Of a stretch of 64,000 nt of DNA, positions 56,149 to 64,000 are shown piece by piece. The notes beneath the pieces were generated by a model that saw only the letters and a list, made by a program, of their open reading frames with translations, was not told where the DNA came from and did no database searches. Both the position numbers and the translations under genes were made by a program. Origin of the DNA: Candidatus Woesearchaeota archaeon (lineage in GTDB: Archaea; Nanobdellota; Nanobdellia; Woesearchaeales; JACPBV01); contig JAHWHQ010000036.1 of the NCBI GenBank assembly GCA_019323195.1, positions 2,952 to 66,951 of the forward strand. Reading direction: 5' to 3'. Every line of letters starts with the position of its first letter. The first letter of the stretch is position 1.

Positions 56149-57705
56149 ATGGCAGGAAACGGCAAAATAAAGGAATTTAATGAGAAGAAGAGAGAGCTTG
56201 CTCCTAACAAGGAGCTTGTCAAGAAGCAGCATGAGAAAGGCAAGCTTACTGCATCAGAAAGGCTGGGATTGCTGCTGGATGAGGGCTCTTTTACAGAGAT
56301 AGATGAGTTTGTAGAGCTTAAAAGCCATGATTTTAACCTGCAGGATAAGAAAAGGGCAGGAGACGGCGTCATTGTCGGATACGGCACTGTCAATAAGAGG
56401 CCTGTCTGCGTGTATGCGCAGGACTTTACCTTTATGGGCGGCTCTATGGGGGAGATGCATAATAGGAAGATAGCTAAGGTTATGGATTTGGCTTTGAAAA
56501 CAGGCTGTCCGCTGGTAGGGCTGTTTGATTCCGGCGGTGCAAGGATACAGGAGGGCATCAACGGGTTAGACGGAGGGGGAAGCATCTTCAGGATGAATAC
56601 ATTATGCAGCGGCGTCATCCCGCAGATAAGCGCGATCATGGGGCCGTGCGCAGGGATTGCTGTCTACTCGCCTGCATTGACTGATTTTGTTTTTATGGTC
56701 GATAAGACCAGCTATATGTTCATAACAGGGCCTGATGTTGTTAAGAGCGTCACAGGAGAAAAGGTGGATTTTATCGGCCTTGGAGGGGCGGACGTGCATA
56801 ATAAGAAAAGCGGGGCAGCGCATTTCTCGGCATCTAATGAGAAGGAGTGCATACTGAAGATCAAAAGGCTGCTGAGCTACCTGCCGCAGAATAATCTTGA
56901 CAACCCTCCTGCGATCGATATGGGGGATTCACCCGAAAGGCTGAACAATACCCTGAATGATATAATACCTTCTGATTCCAGGAAGAGCTATGATGTTAAG
57001 GATGTTATAAGCGAGATAGCTGACAAAAGATCCTTTTTTGAGATACATCCAGAGTATGCGCAGAACTGCGTAGTGGGGCTTGCAAGGCTTAATAATAATG
57101 TAGTGGGGATAGTTGCAAACCAGCCAAAGGTCCTTGCAGGATGCCTGGACATAAACAGCTCCAACAAGATATCGAGGTTTGTAAGGTTCTGCGACTCTTT
57201 TAACATACCGCTGATAAACCTGGTCGATGTTACAGGATACCTGCCAGGGACAGAGCAGGAGTATAACGGGATAATAAAGAACGGAGCCAAGATACTTTAT
57301 GCATACTCTGAAGCTACAGTCCCTAAGATAAGCCTGGTAGTAAGGAAGGCCTATGGGGGGGCTTATATAGCCATGGTGAGCAAGGACATGGCCTATGATT
57401 ATGCGATGGCATACCCTATGGCAGAGATTGCTGTGATGGGTGCTGAGCAGGCGGTCAATATACTTAACAGGAAAGAGATGGGGTCAAAGCAGTGGGATAA
57501 TATAAGGAAGAAAAGGGTTGATGAGTTCTCTGAGAAATTCCTTAACCCCTACTTGGCTGCAAAAGAGGGAAGGATAGACAAGGTAATAGAGCCAAAGGAG
57601 ACAAGGGTTGCCCTGATCAAGGCGCTTGAGATGCTGCTTTCAAAAAGAGATATCCTTAAGGGCAAGAAGGCAATGCCTAGAAAGCATGGGAATATCCCAT
57701 TGTAA
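56149..57705 (+). CDS. Acyl-CoA carboxylase carboxyltransferase subunit (propionyl-CoA carboxylase beta / methylmalonyl-CoA decarboxylase alpha family)
   Basis: 518 aa. Conserved carboxyltransferase blocks are RLGLLLDEGSF, AQDFTFMGGSMGE, GGARIQEG and AYGGAYIAM. Confidence 0.9.
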   Translation: MAGNGKIKEFNEKKRELAPNKELVKKQHEKGKLTASERLGLLLDEGSFTEIDEFVELKSHDFNLQDKKRAGDGVIVGYGTVNKRPVCVYAQDFTFMGGSMGEMHNRKIAKVMDLALKTGCPLVGLFDSGGARIQEGINGLDGGGSIFRMNTLCSGVIPQISAIMGPCAGIAVYSPALTDFVFMVDKTSYMFITGPDVVKSVTGEKVDFIGLGGADVHNKKSGAAHFSASNEKECILKIKRLLSYLPQNNLDNPPAIDMGDSPERLNNTLNDIIPSDSRKSYDVKDVISEIADKRSFFEIHPEYAQNCVVGLARLNNNVVGIVANQPKVLAGCLDINSSNKISRFVRFCDSFNIPLINLVDVTGYLPGTEQEYNGIIKNGAKILYAYSEATVPKISLVVRKAYGGAYIAMVSKDMAYDYAMAYPMAEIAVMGAEQAVNILNRKEMGSKQWDNIRKKRVDEFSEKFLNPYLAAKEGRIDKVIEPKETRVALIKALEMLLSKRDILKGKKAMPRKHGNIPL

Positions 57706-57706
57706 A

Positions 57707-58090
57707 ATGCAGGACCTAAAGGTTAATATAAACGGCGAGGAATACAGGGTTAAGGTAGAAGAGGCTTCTTCAGGAAAACTTAATGTTTATTTTGACGGAG
57801 AGAAATTCGAGGTAGAGACAAAGTCCGACATAGAAAAGCAGCTGTTTGATGAGATCGAAAGGCAGGAGAAGGGAAAGGATAAAGGCGTCATAACAGCGCC
57901 GATGCCAGGGGTCGTGTTTTCTGTTGATGTTAAGGTAGGGGATGATGTCAAGAAAGGGCAGAAGGTTATCGGCCTTATGGCGATGAAGATGGAGAATGAG
58001 GTATGCGCTCCTGCAAGCGGAAAGGTCAAACAGGTTAAGGTCAGGAAAGGGGATTCTGTAAATAAAGGGGACATACTTGTTGTCTTATGA
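57707..58090 (+). CDS. Biotin carboxyl carrier protein (biotinyl domain)
   Basis: The C-terminal biotinylation motif is GLMAMKMENEV within a hammerhead domain (APMPGVVFSVDVKVGDDVKKGQKV...GDILVVL). The ATG at 57707 is 1 nt after the carboxyltransferase stop. The track ORF 57626.. is an upstream extension. Confidence 0.85.
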   Translation: MQDLKVNINGEEYRVKVEEASSGKLNVYFDGEKFEVETKSDIEKQLFDEIERQEKGKDKGVITAPMPGVVFSVDVKVGDDVKKGQKVIGLMAMKMENEVCAPASGKVKQVKVRKGDSVNKGDILVVL

Positions 58091-58224
58091 TGCTGCTAAT
58101 TCATTCCACTTGAATTCCCGTATCTTTATGCCCCTTTTTCTTAAGTGCGTCGAAATCTCCCTGTTCAGCTGGAGGATGTTCTCTGATTCTGCCATATAGG
58201 CAAGCTCTTCCATTTGTTCGAGGT

Positions 58225-58464
58225 TCATTTTTCTTTTTCTCCTGAGGTTTTTCCGAATAAGATGCCTGTAAGGACGTTCAATGCCCATGCCTGGAAAACG
58301 TTTATCTGAAGCAGCTGGAAGTTCTTGAAGACATAGTTCCAGAGCCACATGACAGGGAAGGCAAGGATCAGTCCGACTAATGCAGACAGAAGTATGATCA
58401 GAAACATTGTATAGCCAAGCTCGAAAATCCTTTTTAGCAAAGGCGTGTTGTCTAAAAACCCCAT
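58225..58464 (-). CDS. Small 2-TM membrane protein (79 aa), hypothetical
   Basis: Two clear hydrophobic helices (MFLIILLSALVGLILAFPVMWLW and AWALNVLTGILF). It overlaps an Arg-rich ORF (58085..58348) that is probably spurious. Confidence 0.35.
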   Translation of the reverse strand: MGFLDNTPLLKRIFELGYTMFLIILLSALVGLILAFPVMWLWNYVFKNFQLLQINVFQAWALNVLTGILFGKTSGEKEK

Positions 58465-58515
58465 CTTTACCGGTAATTTATGCTAATTTATACATGTTAT
58501 TGAAAATAAATTGGT

Positions 58516-59535
58516 TTATTCTGTTTTATCTGGCAACATTTTTTTTAAATTATTATTATCTATCTCATAAGCCCTGATAAATGAATCATCAATATGGGCA
58601 AATACTAATGCTTTTTCTTTATCCTTCTCTATTACATCGCTTACAAAGGTTATTGATTTTGCTTCAGGATCATCAATTAGAGGTTTGGGCGAGATCCATG
58701 GGATATCTCCTGTCTTAGGATTAAATAAGAATATGCCCCCACAAAATTTTCCATAAATCTTTTTATTCTTAACTGTCCTTGGAGGGGACCTTCCGTTTAA
58801 AATACCTACTAATAAATTTTTATGTGTGATAAATTTAGGGTTAAGGATCGGCCCAGGAGATAAACCGCCTTTTACCCAGGAATATTTCATCTTGCCAGGG
58901 TCTGCGACGGTCTTTATAGGTTTCCAGTCCTTACCCCCATCCTTGACCAATGCTGCATCAATTGAGGTATTTCCAAGGCCATAACCTTTTTCAACCAGAT
59001 TTATCCTTCCAAAGACGTATCTCTTAGGGGATATTGTAAGCTCTTTAAACCCGGCAGACCAGATTCTGTTTTTTTTAACAGGAGAAAGCACTGGTTTAGT
59101 AGCGTTTAATGCCCATATACTTTTTCCCTCTGCATGGCCTAAAAAAATGCCAAAACCTTTTTGCTTTATCAGTCTGTAAGCAATAGTGAAATATAGATGG
59201 ATTGTTTTTTTAGAATCGATGCATATTGTCGGATCTTCCAACCCTATAAACTCCATGTCCCTTTTATTTACTTCGTTTATGATCTTATTGATACCTCTTA
59301 TCTTTAATTCTTTTTTACGCTTCCAATTCAGGCCGTCTTTGCTTTCCAGGATGAATAATTTACTCCTGTCTACAAAACCTTCTATACCAGGATTTCCTTT
59401 TCTTTTGATGATTTCTCTGGCAACCCCTTTAAAGCCTTTAGGATATCTTAAAACAGATAAAGACATGACAGGATGGTCTGTTTTGTATACCGGGGGAACA
59501 TGCATAGAAATAATAGGGTTTAGTTTTTTTATCAT
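58516..59535 (-). CDS. Hypothetical protein (339 aa), possibly a beta-propeller glycosidase-like (GH130/DUF377-like) fold
   Basis: Open frame downstream of the 508-aa gene on the same strand. Secondary-structure character looks beta-rich. The family call is weak. Confidence 0.3.
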   Translation of the reverse strand: MIKKLNPIISMHVPPVYKTDHPVMSLSVLRYPKGFKGVAREIIKRKGNPGIEGFVDRSKLFILESKDGLNWKRKKELKIRGINKIINEVNKRDMEFIGLEDPTICIDSKKTIHLYFTIAYRLIKQKGFGIFLGHAEGKSIWALNATKPVLSPVKKNRIWSAGFKELTISPKRYVFGRINLVEKGYGLGNTSIDAALVKDGGKDWKPIKTVADPGKMKYSWVKGGLSPGPILNPKFITHKNLLVGILNGRSPPRTVKNKKIYGKFCGGIFLFNPKTGDIPWISPKPLIDDPEAKSITFVSDVIEKDKEKALVFAHIDDSFIRAYEIDNNNLKKMLPDKTE

Positions 59536-59638
59536 ATTATAGATGATGATAACGGGGTTATAAAAGTTTTTTTATTTTGTAGGGTATTCTGCTTAGGGCT
59601 GTCTGAACATCAAATTCTGGCGGCTAGAATTTCTTCTA

Positions 59639-61165
59639 TTATGGGCTGTCTGTAACCAGACCAGTTCCTACAAAACATCTTATCTTTCTTATCCCGAACA
59701 TGGAGTAGGACATCGCCCTATGATTTCCATCTTCAATATCAAATTGAGTTATTTTATACCCAAAACCAAGATTTTCTTTAGCCCATTCATTGGCATTGAC
59801 CCTTCTGGTTCTGAGCCCTTTCTCTGTTAATATGATCGGAAAAAGCCTATAGATTATGTCTGCATGCTTTCTTATTGAAATTAATTTTGAAATTCTATTT
59901 TCCTTGAGGTTTGGCCTGCTTTTTTTAGGCCATTGGAACCTATGCGTCTTATGTATCAGATCATTGATCTTGGCTCCGGTTTCTAAAAGATTACCGCATG
60001 TTGTAAAATGGTCAATACCCCCAAATGCAGGCCAGACACCAATGTTTTTGGTGTCAATAATTCGGACTGTCCAACTGCATAGGTTTATTCTTTTCAGCCT
60101 TGTTTTATCTTTTATCTTACTGTCCAATTCCTTTTCAGAGTACCCCGATATTTCCCGGTATATCTCCCTGTATGCCCTTATAAAAAGGCTTCTGCTTATA
60201 TCAAACCTTTTATCCAGACCCAGCTTATCCTTCATTTTATTTGCCATAACAAAGGACCTTTTTACAGCAATAGACGGGGGTTCTCTTTTGTTATAGATAA
60301 TTCCTGAGTTTTCTATTCTCTCTACTAAATCCCTATAAAATTTCCTGATTTTATCACTAAAGCCATAAATCTTATTCTCCCCAGATATATTCCTGCCTAT
60401 TGAGATATTGAATCTTTTTTTTAGCTCTTTTAGCTCACTTAGCTCTTCCTGTATGCCATAATTTTCTGCAACCCTTTTGAATGCATGGATATAATAATCC
60501 AGCAGGAACAATCTTTTTGTCTGGAGTTTTGAAAGCTGTACCTGAATCTCTTCTGAATATTTTAATATCTGTTCTAATATGATCAACAGGGAGATGATTT
60601 CCTCCTCTACCTGTCTTCTGCTTTTTTGTTGTAGGTTGACCAGTAAGAATATTATATATGGTTCCAGTTTTAATTCTTCACGAGACTTCATTTCCTGGAG
60701 TCTTGCATCAGGTTCGATGATCCTTTCTATTTTTCTTATGTTTACTACAGGCTTTAGAAGGCTAAATATGCTTTGATGATTCAGTTTTTTTTGATTTCTT
60801 ATCGTTTTCTTAATATCTGAATCTATCTTATAGATAATCTCTTTTTCTTTTTGTAAAAATCTCCTGCTAAATAAGCTATCTGATCCTATCTCTTTTAAGA
60901 CTATCTCCCTCAGGTCTTTCAGTTTTTGAAAATCCTGTTTTTGTTCTGTTCCTATTGTTTTTTCAATATCATCCAGGATTTTTTGAACAGCAGCGATATA
61001 TTCTCTTATTTTTTTAGCTATGTGAAATCCTATTTTATTTCTTGTTCCTTCAAGAAACAGATTGAACTCTTTTTCTATCGATTCGAGTGACTGCTCTTCC
61101 TGGAATAAGTCTTCAGGATTGATTGTTAGTATATTCCCTGCCAATGTTGTCTTTATGAGAGCCAT
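59639..61165 (-). CDS. Hypothetical protein (508 aa): helical/coiled-coil N-terminal half, globular C-terminal half
   Basis: Long open frame. The N-terminal half is Lys/Glu-rich and helical. The C-terminal region contains GVWPAFGGIDHFTTCGN. No family is recognised. Confidence 0.45.
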   Translation of the reverse strand: MALIKTTLAGNILTINPEDLFQEEQSLESIEKEFNLFLEGTRNKIGFHIAKKIREYIAAVQKILDDIEKTIGTEQKQDFQKLKDLREIVLKEIGSDSLFSRRFLQKEKEIIYKIDSDIKKTIRNQKKLNHQSIFSLLKPVVNIRKIERIIEPDARLQEMKSREELKLEPYIIFLLVNLQQKSRRQVEEEIISLLIILEQILKYSEEIQVQLSKLQTKRLFLLDYYIHAFKRVAENYGIQEELSELKELKKRFNISIGRNISGENKIYGFSDKIRKFYRDLVERIENSGIIYNKREPPSIAVKRSFVMANKMKDKLGLDKRFDISRSLFIRAYREIYREISGYSEKELDSKIKDKTRLKRINLCSWTVRIIDTKNIGVWPAFGGIDHFTTCGNLLETGAKINDLIHKTHRFQWPKKSRPNLKENRISKLISIRKHADIIYRLFPIILTEKGLRTRRVNANEWAKENLGFGYKITQFDIEDGNHRAMSYSMFGIRKIRCFVGTGLVTDSP

Positions 61166-61269
61166 GCAGATTTGTACTACGTATAGTTAATATATAATTA
61201 TTTCTGTTATACCCCTGTTTCCTTTTCTTAAGCAAAAAACATAAATACTAAGATGAAATACCTATCCTT

Positions 61270-61656
61270 ATGAACAAGACAGAGCATAGGGTAAGGTATT
61301 CTGACACAGACCATTTTGGCGTGGTGTACTATGCAAGGTACCTTGACTGGTTCGAGGCAGGAAGGACAGAGATATTAAGGGAGAAAGGCGTTACTTACGC
61401 TGAGCTGGAGAAGAAGGGGTTTTTTGCTCCTGTTGTCGAGATAAAGGTCAACTATAAGAAGCCTGCAAGGTATGATGATGTTGTCGAGGTGGAGACAAGC
61501 GTCTCGCATGTTGGCAACTCAAGCATAAGGTTTGATTATAAGGTGTTTAACAAGAAGACAAAGGAGCTGTTGGCTGAGGCTTATACTGTCAATGTTTTTA
61601 TCAATAAAGATATGGAGTCTGTGAGGATACCTGATGAGGTTAGGGATGTTTTGTGA
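61270..61656 (+). CDS. Acyl-CoA thioesterase, hotdog fold (YbgC/4HBT family)
   Basis: The core is HRVRYSDTDHFGVVYYARYLDWFEAGRTEILRE...PVVEIKVNYKKPARYDDVVEVETSV, a canonical 4HBT signature with the catalytic Asp in SDTD. Confidence 0.85.
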   Translation: MNKTEHRVRYSDTDHFGVVYYARYLDWFEAGRTEILREKGVTYAELEKKGFFAPVVEIKVNYKKPARYDDVVEVETSVSHVGNSSIRFDYKVFNKKTKELLAEAYTVNVFINKDMESVRIPDEVRDVL

Positions 61657-61721
61657 ATAAATTGGATAATAATGTTTTGAAGATAAAATAGACATCTTTT
61701 AGTAAGTTTTTTATATTTGGT

Positions 61722-62798
61722 ATGAATATTATATCTTATATTGGGGTTATGCATTTAATGAAAAAATTATATTATTTAATTATACCTTTTCTATTGATTT
61801 TTATTATTGGATGTTCTACATGTAGAAAACCATATATTGAATTCAAAAAAGGAGATTGTTGTTTGGATTCTAATAGTAATGGTATATGTGATAATGATGA
61901 AAAACTTAACACCAAAGAAGTACCAGATATACAAGGGATGGTTGTAAAAGAAATTGAAAAAGAAAATTGCCCCCATGAGTGTTGTAATGGTATTAACTTT
62001 AAAATTAAATTTTGTAATGATGAAGATGAATGTATAAACCATAAGTGTATTTTGATTGATACAGATAAAGACGGCTTAGGAGATAGTGAAGAAATAAGAT
62101 TAGGGACTAATCCAAACTTAGAAGATACTGATGGGGATTCCTTAAATGATGCTGTTGAATTAAATATTAGAAAAACATCACCCCTAAATCCAAATACAGA
62201 TAATGATAGATATGATGATTATGAAGATCAGAATCCTTTAATGATAAACTCAGCTAATATAAATATTAATGTAGAGAAAGTTGAAGATGAAGAAGATGTT
62301 GATTTTCTTGAGTTTATTACTTCAGATTCTGCCACAAAAGGAGTTACTGAAGCATCTGCAGTTGGAGGTACTATTGGAAGTATATTCCCTGGTATAGGAA
62401 CAGCCACTGGTGCATCTGCTGGAGGAGGTATTATTTATTTTAAGAATCTTATTGATTATTTTAAACCTAGTGATATAAGGACATTAAAGTTTACTATTTC
62501 AAATAATGGTGATGATTATACTTCTTTTTTAAACTTCAAATTATATGTTAAAATAGCATATTCCAAAGATAATGAAATAATTTCTCAAAAAGATGTATTG
62601 ATTGATGGTTTTAGTTTAGGGAAAATTGAAGTAAAAGAGATAACCGAAAAAGTAACTTCTTTTTCAATAAAAAAATTAGAAAACCATATTAGTTCAATAT
62701 TTCCTGAGCCAAATGAATGTGAGGGAATTATATTTTCATCTTGTAAAGTATCTTATAATTATTTTATTGATAATATTGATTTTGAAAGATTTAATTAA
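61722..62798 (+). CDS. Secreted or lipoprotein-like protein with thrombospondin-type-3-like Ca-binding repeats (358 aa), very AT-rich
   Basis: Signal plus Cys is LLIFIIGCSTC. The TSP3-like repeats are DTDKDGLGDSEEIRLGTNPNLEDTDGDSLNDAVELNIRKTSPLNPNTDNDRYDDYEDQNP. A Gly-rich segment follows. Confidence 0.55.
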   Translation: MNIISYIGVMHLMKKLYYLIIPFLLIFIIGCSTCRKPYIEFKKGDCCLDSNSNGICDNDEKLNTKEVPDIQGMVVKEIEKENCPHECCNGINFKIKFCNDEDECINHKCILIDTDKDGLGDSEEIRLGTNPNLEDTDGDSLNDAVELNIRKTSPLNPNTDNDRYDDYEDQNPLMINSANININVEKVEDEEDVDFLEFITSDSATKGVTEASAVGGTIGSIFPGIGTATGASAGGGIIYFKNLIDYFKPSDIRTLKFTISNNGDDYTSFLNFKLYVKIAYSKDNEIISQKDVLIDGFSLGKIEVKEITEKVTSFSIKKLENHISSIFPEPNECEGIIFSSCKVSYNYFIDNIDFERFN

Positions 62799-62865
62799 AA
62801 AAAGCCAAAATAACAAAATCTACTAAGTGGGATTATCTGGACCTATAATTATCAAAAATAGATCT

Positions 62866-62940
62866 CTTACCAATATCTACCAATATCTACCAAATTGGTA
62901 GAAAGATTTATATACTACCAATTTATCTCTAATTGGTAGA
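62866..62940. promoter_or_regulatory. Operator-like repeat array (CTACCAA direct x4, TTGGTAG inverted x2) around a TATA-like box, upstream of the Fic gene
   Basis: The array contains ttaccaatat, ctaccaatat, ctaccaaAttggtag (a 7-bp-arm palindrome), tttatata, and ctaccaa-tttatctctaa-ttggtag. It ends 3 nt before ATG 62944. Confidence 0.5.
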
Positions 62941-62943
62941 ATA

Positions 62944-64000
62944 ATGAAGATACCTGAAAAACCGCCTAAAGTCAGGGATATATTGAAAAATTATGAAACT
63001 AATATCTTTAAGATAGTTAGAGATTCGTCTGTTAGGGAATTTATAAATAAATGCAATGCAGATTATGTTCCTTGGGATAAGCTAAGATATAAAAATATAC
63101 CACATGATGTTAAGCCCGAATATATCTGGGTATTCTTAAAGTTTTTTAGGGATGGCCAGTCTAAGCCTTTTCATTTTAACGGCTGGAATTTTAGGTTTAT
63201 GCTAACAGATGAATCTCAAAGAAGATTACATCTATTAGATAAAGGTGCTGCAGGAAATCTTGAGACTGGATTGGAGTCTATGAATACTTCTGGACGTGAA
63301 AGGTACATAATTAGCTCTTTGATGGAAGAAGCTATAGCTTCCAGCCAGCTTGAAGGGGCAGCTACAACCAGGAAAATTGCCAAGGAACTTCTGAGAAAGA
63401 AAAAGAAGCCCAGAAACTATTCTGAACAGATGATTGTCAATGGATTCAAAACAATCCAAAAAACAGTGAAGATGAAGGATAAGAAGATGACACCTCAGCT
63501 AATAATAGAACTCCAAAAAGAAATTACAAAGGATACTCTTAAAGATAAAAATTATTCAGGTAAACTTAGAGATAATGATGAAATTGTTGTAGGGGATCCC
63601 CTTGAAGCAGAAAAAATATACCACCAGCCTCCAGCTTATCAGGATATACCAAAATTAATTGAAGAATTTTGCGAATTTGCAAATGATGATAACCATGCCT
63701 TTATTCATCCAATAATCAAGGGAATATTATTGCATTTTTTAATTGGTTACATACACCCGTTTAATGATGGTAATGGCAGAACAGCACGAACTATTTTTTA
63801 TTGGTATGTATTATCCAGGGGGTATTGGTTATTTGAGTTTATGGCAGTATCCCGGATTATATTAAGATCAAAAAAGAAATATGGCTTGGCTTATCTTTAT
63901 ACTGAAACTGATGATAATGATTTGACCTATTTTATTAATTACAACCTTGGAGCAATTGAAGAGTCTTTGCATGACATGGAAGAGCATATTGCTAAGAAGC
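62944..64000 (+). CDS. Fic-family protein (AMPylase / phosphocholine-transferase family). 3' end is outside the window.
   Basis: The canonical Fic motif HPFNDGNGRTAR (HxFx[D/E]GNGRxxR) is at about 63745-63780. An N-terminal extension of about 270 aa precedes it. Confidence 0.85.
   Translation, partial: MKIPEKPPKVRDILKNYETNIFKIVRDSSVREFINKCNADYVPWDKLRYKNIPHDVKPEYIWVFLKFFRDGQSKPFHFNGWNFRFMLTDESQRRLHLLDKGAAGNLETGLESMNTSGRERYIISSLMEEAIASSQLEGAATTRKIAKELLRKKKKPRNYSEQMIVNGFKTIQKTVKMKDKKMTPQLIIELQKEITKDTLKDKNYSGKLRDNDEIVVGDPLEAEKIYHQPPAYQDIPKLIEEFCEFANDDNHAFIHPIIKGILLHFLIGYIHPFNDGNGRTARTIFYWYVLSRGYWLFEFMAVSRIILRSKKKYGLAYLYTETDDNDLTYFINYNLGAIEESLHDMEEHIAKK

Noticed and set aside
57626-57706. 5' extension of the BCCP ORF (MRCCFQKEISLRARRQCLESMGISHCK...) as given in the ORF track
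   Set aside because: The extension is read in a different frame overlapping the carboxyltransferase 3' end. The conserved biotinyl-domain protein starts naturally at ATG 57707, 1 nt after the upstream stop.
58085-58348. 87-aa Arg-rich ORF on the minus strand overlapping the 79-aa membrane ORF
   Set aside because: The two ORFs overlap (58225-58348) in different frames. The membrane ORF has two clean TM helices. The 87-aa ORF is basic and low-complexity and partly antisense to the BCCP 3' end, so it is probably spurious.
1-64000. Search for tRNA, rRNA, CRISPR arrays and IS elements
   Set aside because: All non-coding gaps longer than 70 bp were read by eye (1710-2034, 2593-2738, 7742-7879, 15051-15574, 16388-16590, 25022-25174, 26654-26912, 45194-45274, 62799-62943). 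None has the GC-rich stems or T-loop GTTCRANNC of a tRNA, regularly spaced repeats of 25 bp or more, or transposase ORFs. This cannot be excluded without tRNAscan-SE, Infernal or CRISPR finders.

Overview
This window looks like a chromosomal segment from a small-genome archaeon, probably DPANN-like. The evidence is a family-D DNA polymerase, an MCM carrying a LAGLIDADG intein, Orc1/Cdc6, TBP, aIF2-beta and an aMBF1-like regulator. The genetic code appears standard, with TGA, TAG and TAA all used as stops. I found no rRNA, tRNA or CRISPR array by eye.

The window has four parts.

1. Replication island (2.0-15.6 kb). It encodes TBP, an intein-containing MCM, an RPA-like OB-fold/wH protein, aIF2-beta, DUF424, PolD large and small subunits, and Orc1/Cdc6. 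It ends in an intergenic region that has the hallmarks of oriC: inverted ORB-like boxes with G-strings flank an AT-rich stretch that contains a 42-bp x3 tandem repeat.

2. Cell-surface supercluster (16.6-45.2 kb, all + strand, about 28 kb). Two tiny ribbon-helix-helix (RHH) genes each overlap the start codon of a giant Cys-rich secreted protein (2768 aa and 2012 aa). These are followed, with stop/start adjacency, by a 2935-aa Ig-repeat protein and a 931-aa C-terminally anchored protein with thrombospondin-type-3 repeats. Two proteins carry class-III (prepilin-like) signal peptides (492 aa and 164 aa). Related palindromes lie upstream of both RHH genes.

3. Minus-strand glycosylation island (46.8-55.3 kb). 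It contains a UbiA-family polyprenyl-phosphate phosphoribosyltransferase-like gene, GT4, two tandem GT-C (PMT/ArnT-like) paralogs in a markedly AT-rich stretch, a membrane thioredoxin-like CxxC protein, and two GT2 genes. An extended-SDR epimerase/dehydratase gene sits just upstream on the + strand.

4. Housekeeping and accessory genes (55.4-64 kb). These are RadB, an acyl-CoA carboxyltransferase plus BCCP, a hotdog thioesterase, two unknown proteins, an AT-rich lipoprotein, and a 3'-truncated Fic gene preceded by a dense CTACCAA/TTGGTAG operator array.

The most novel-looking element is the RHH-coupled giant adhesin, pilin-like and glycosylation complex.
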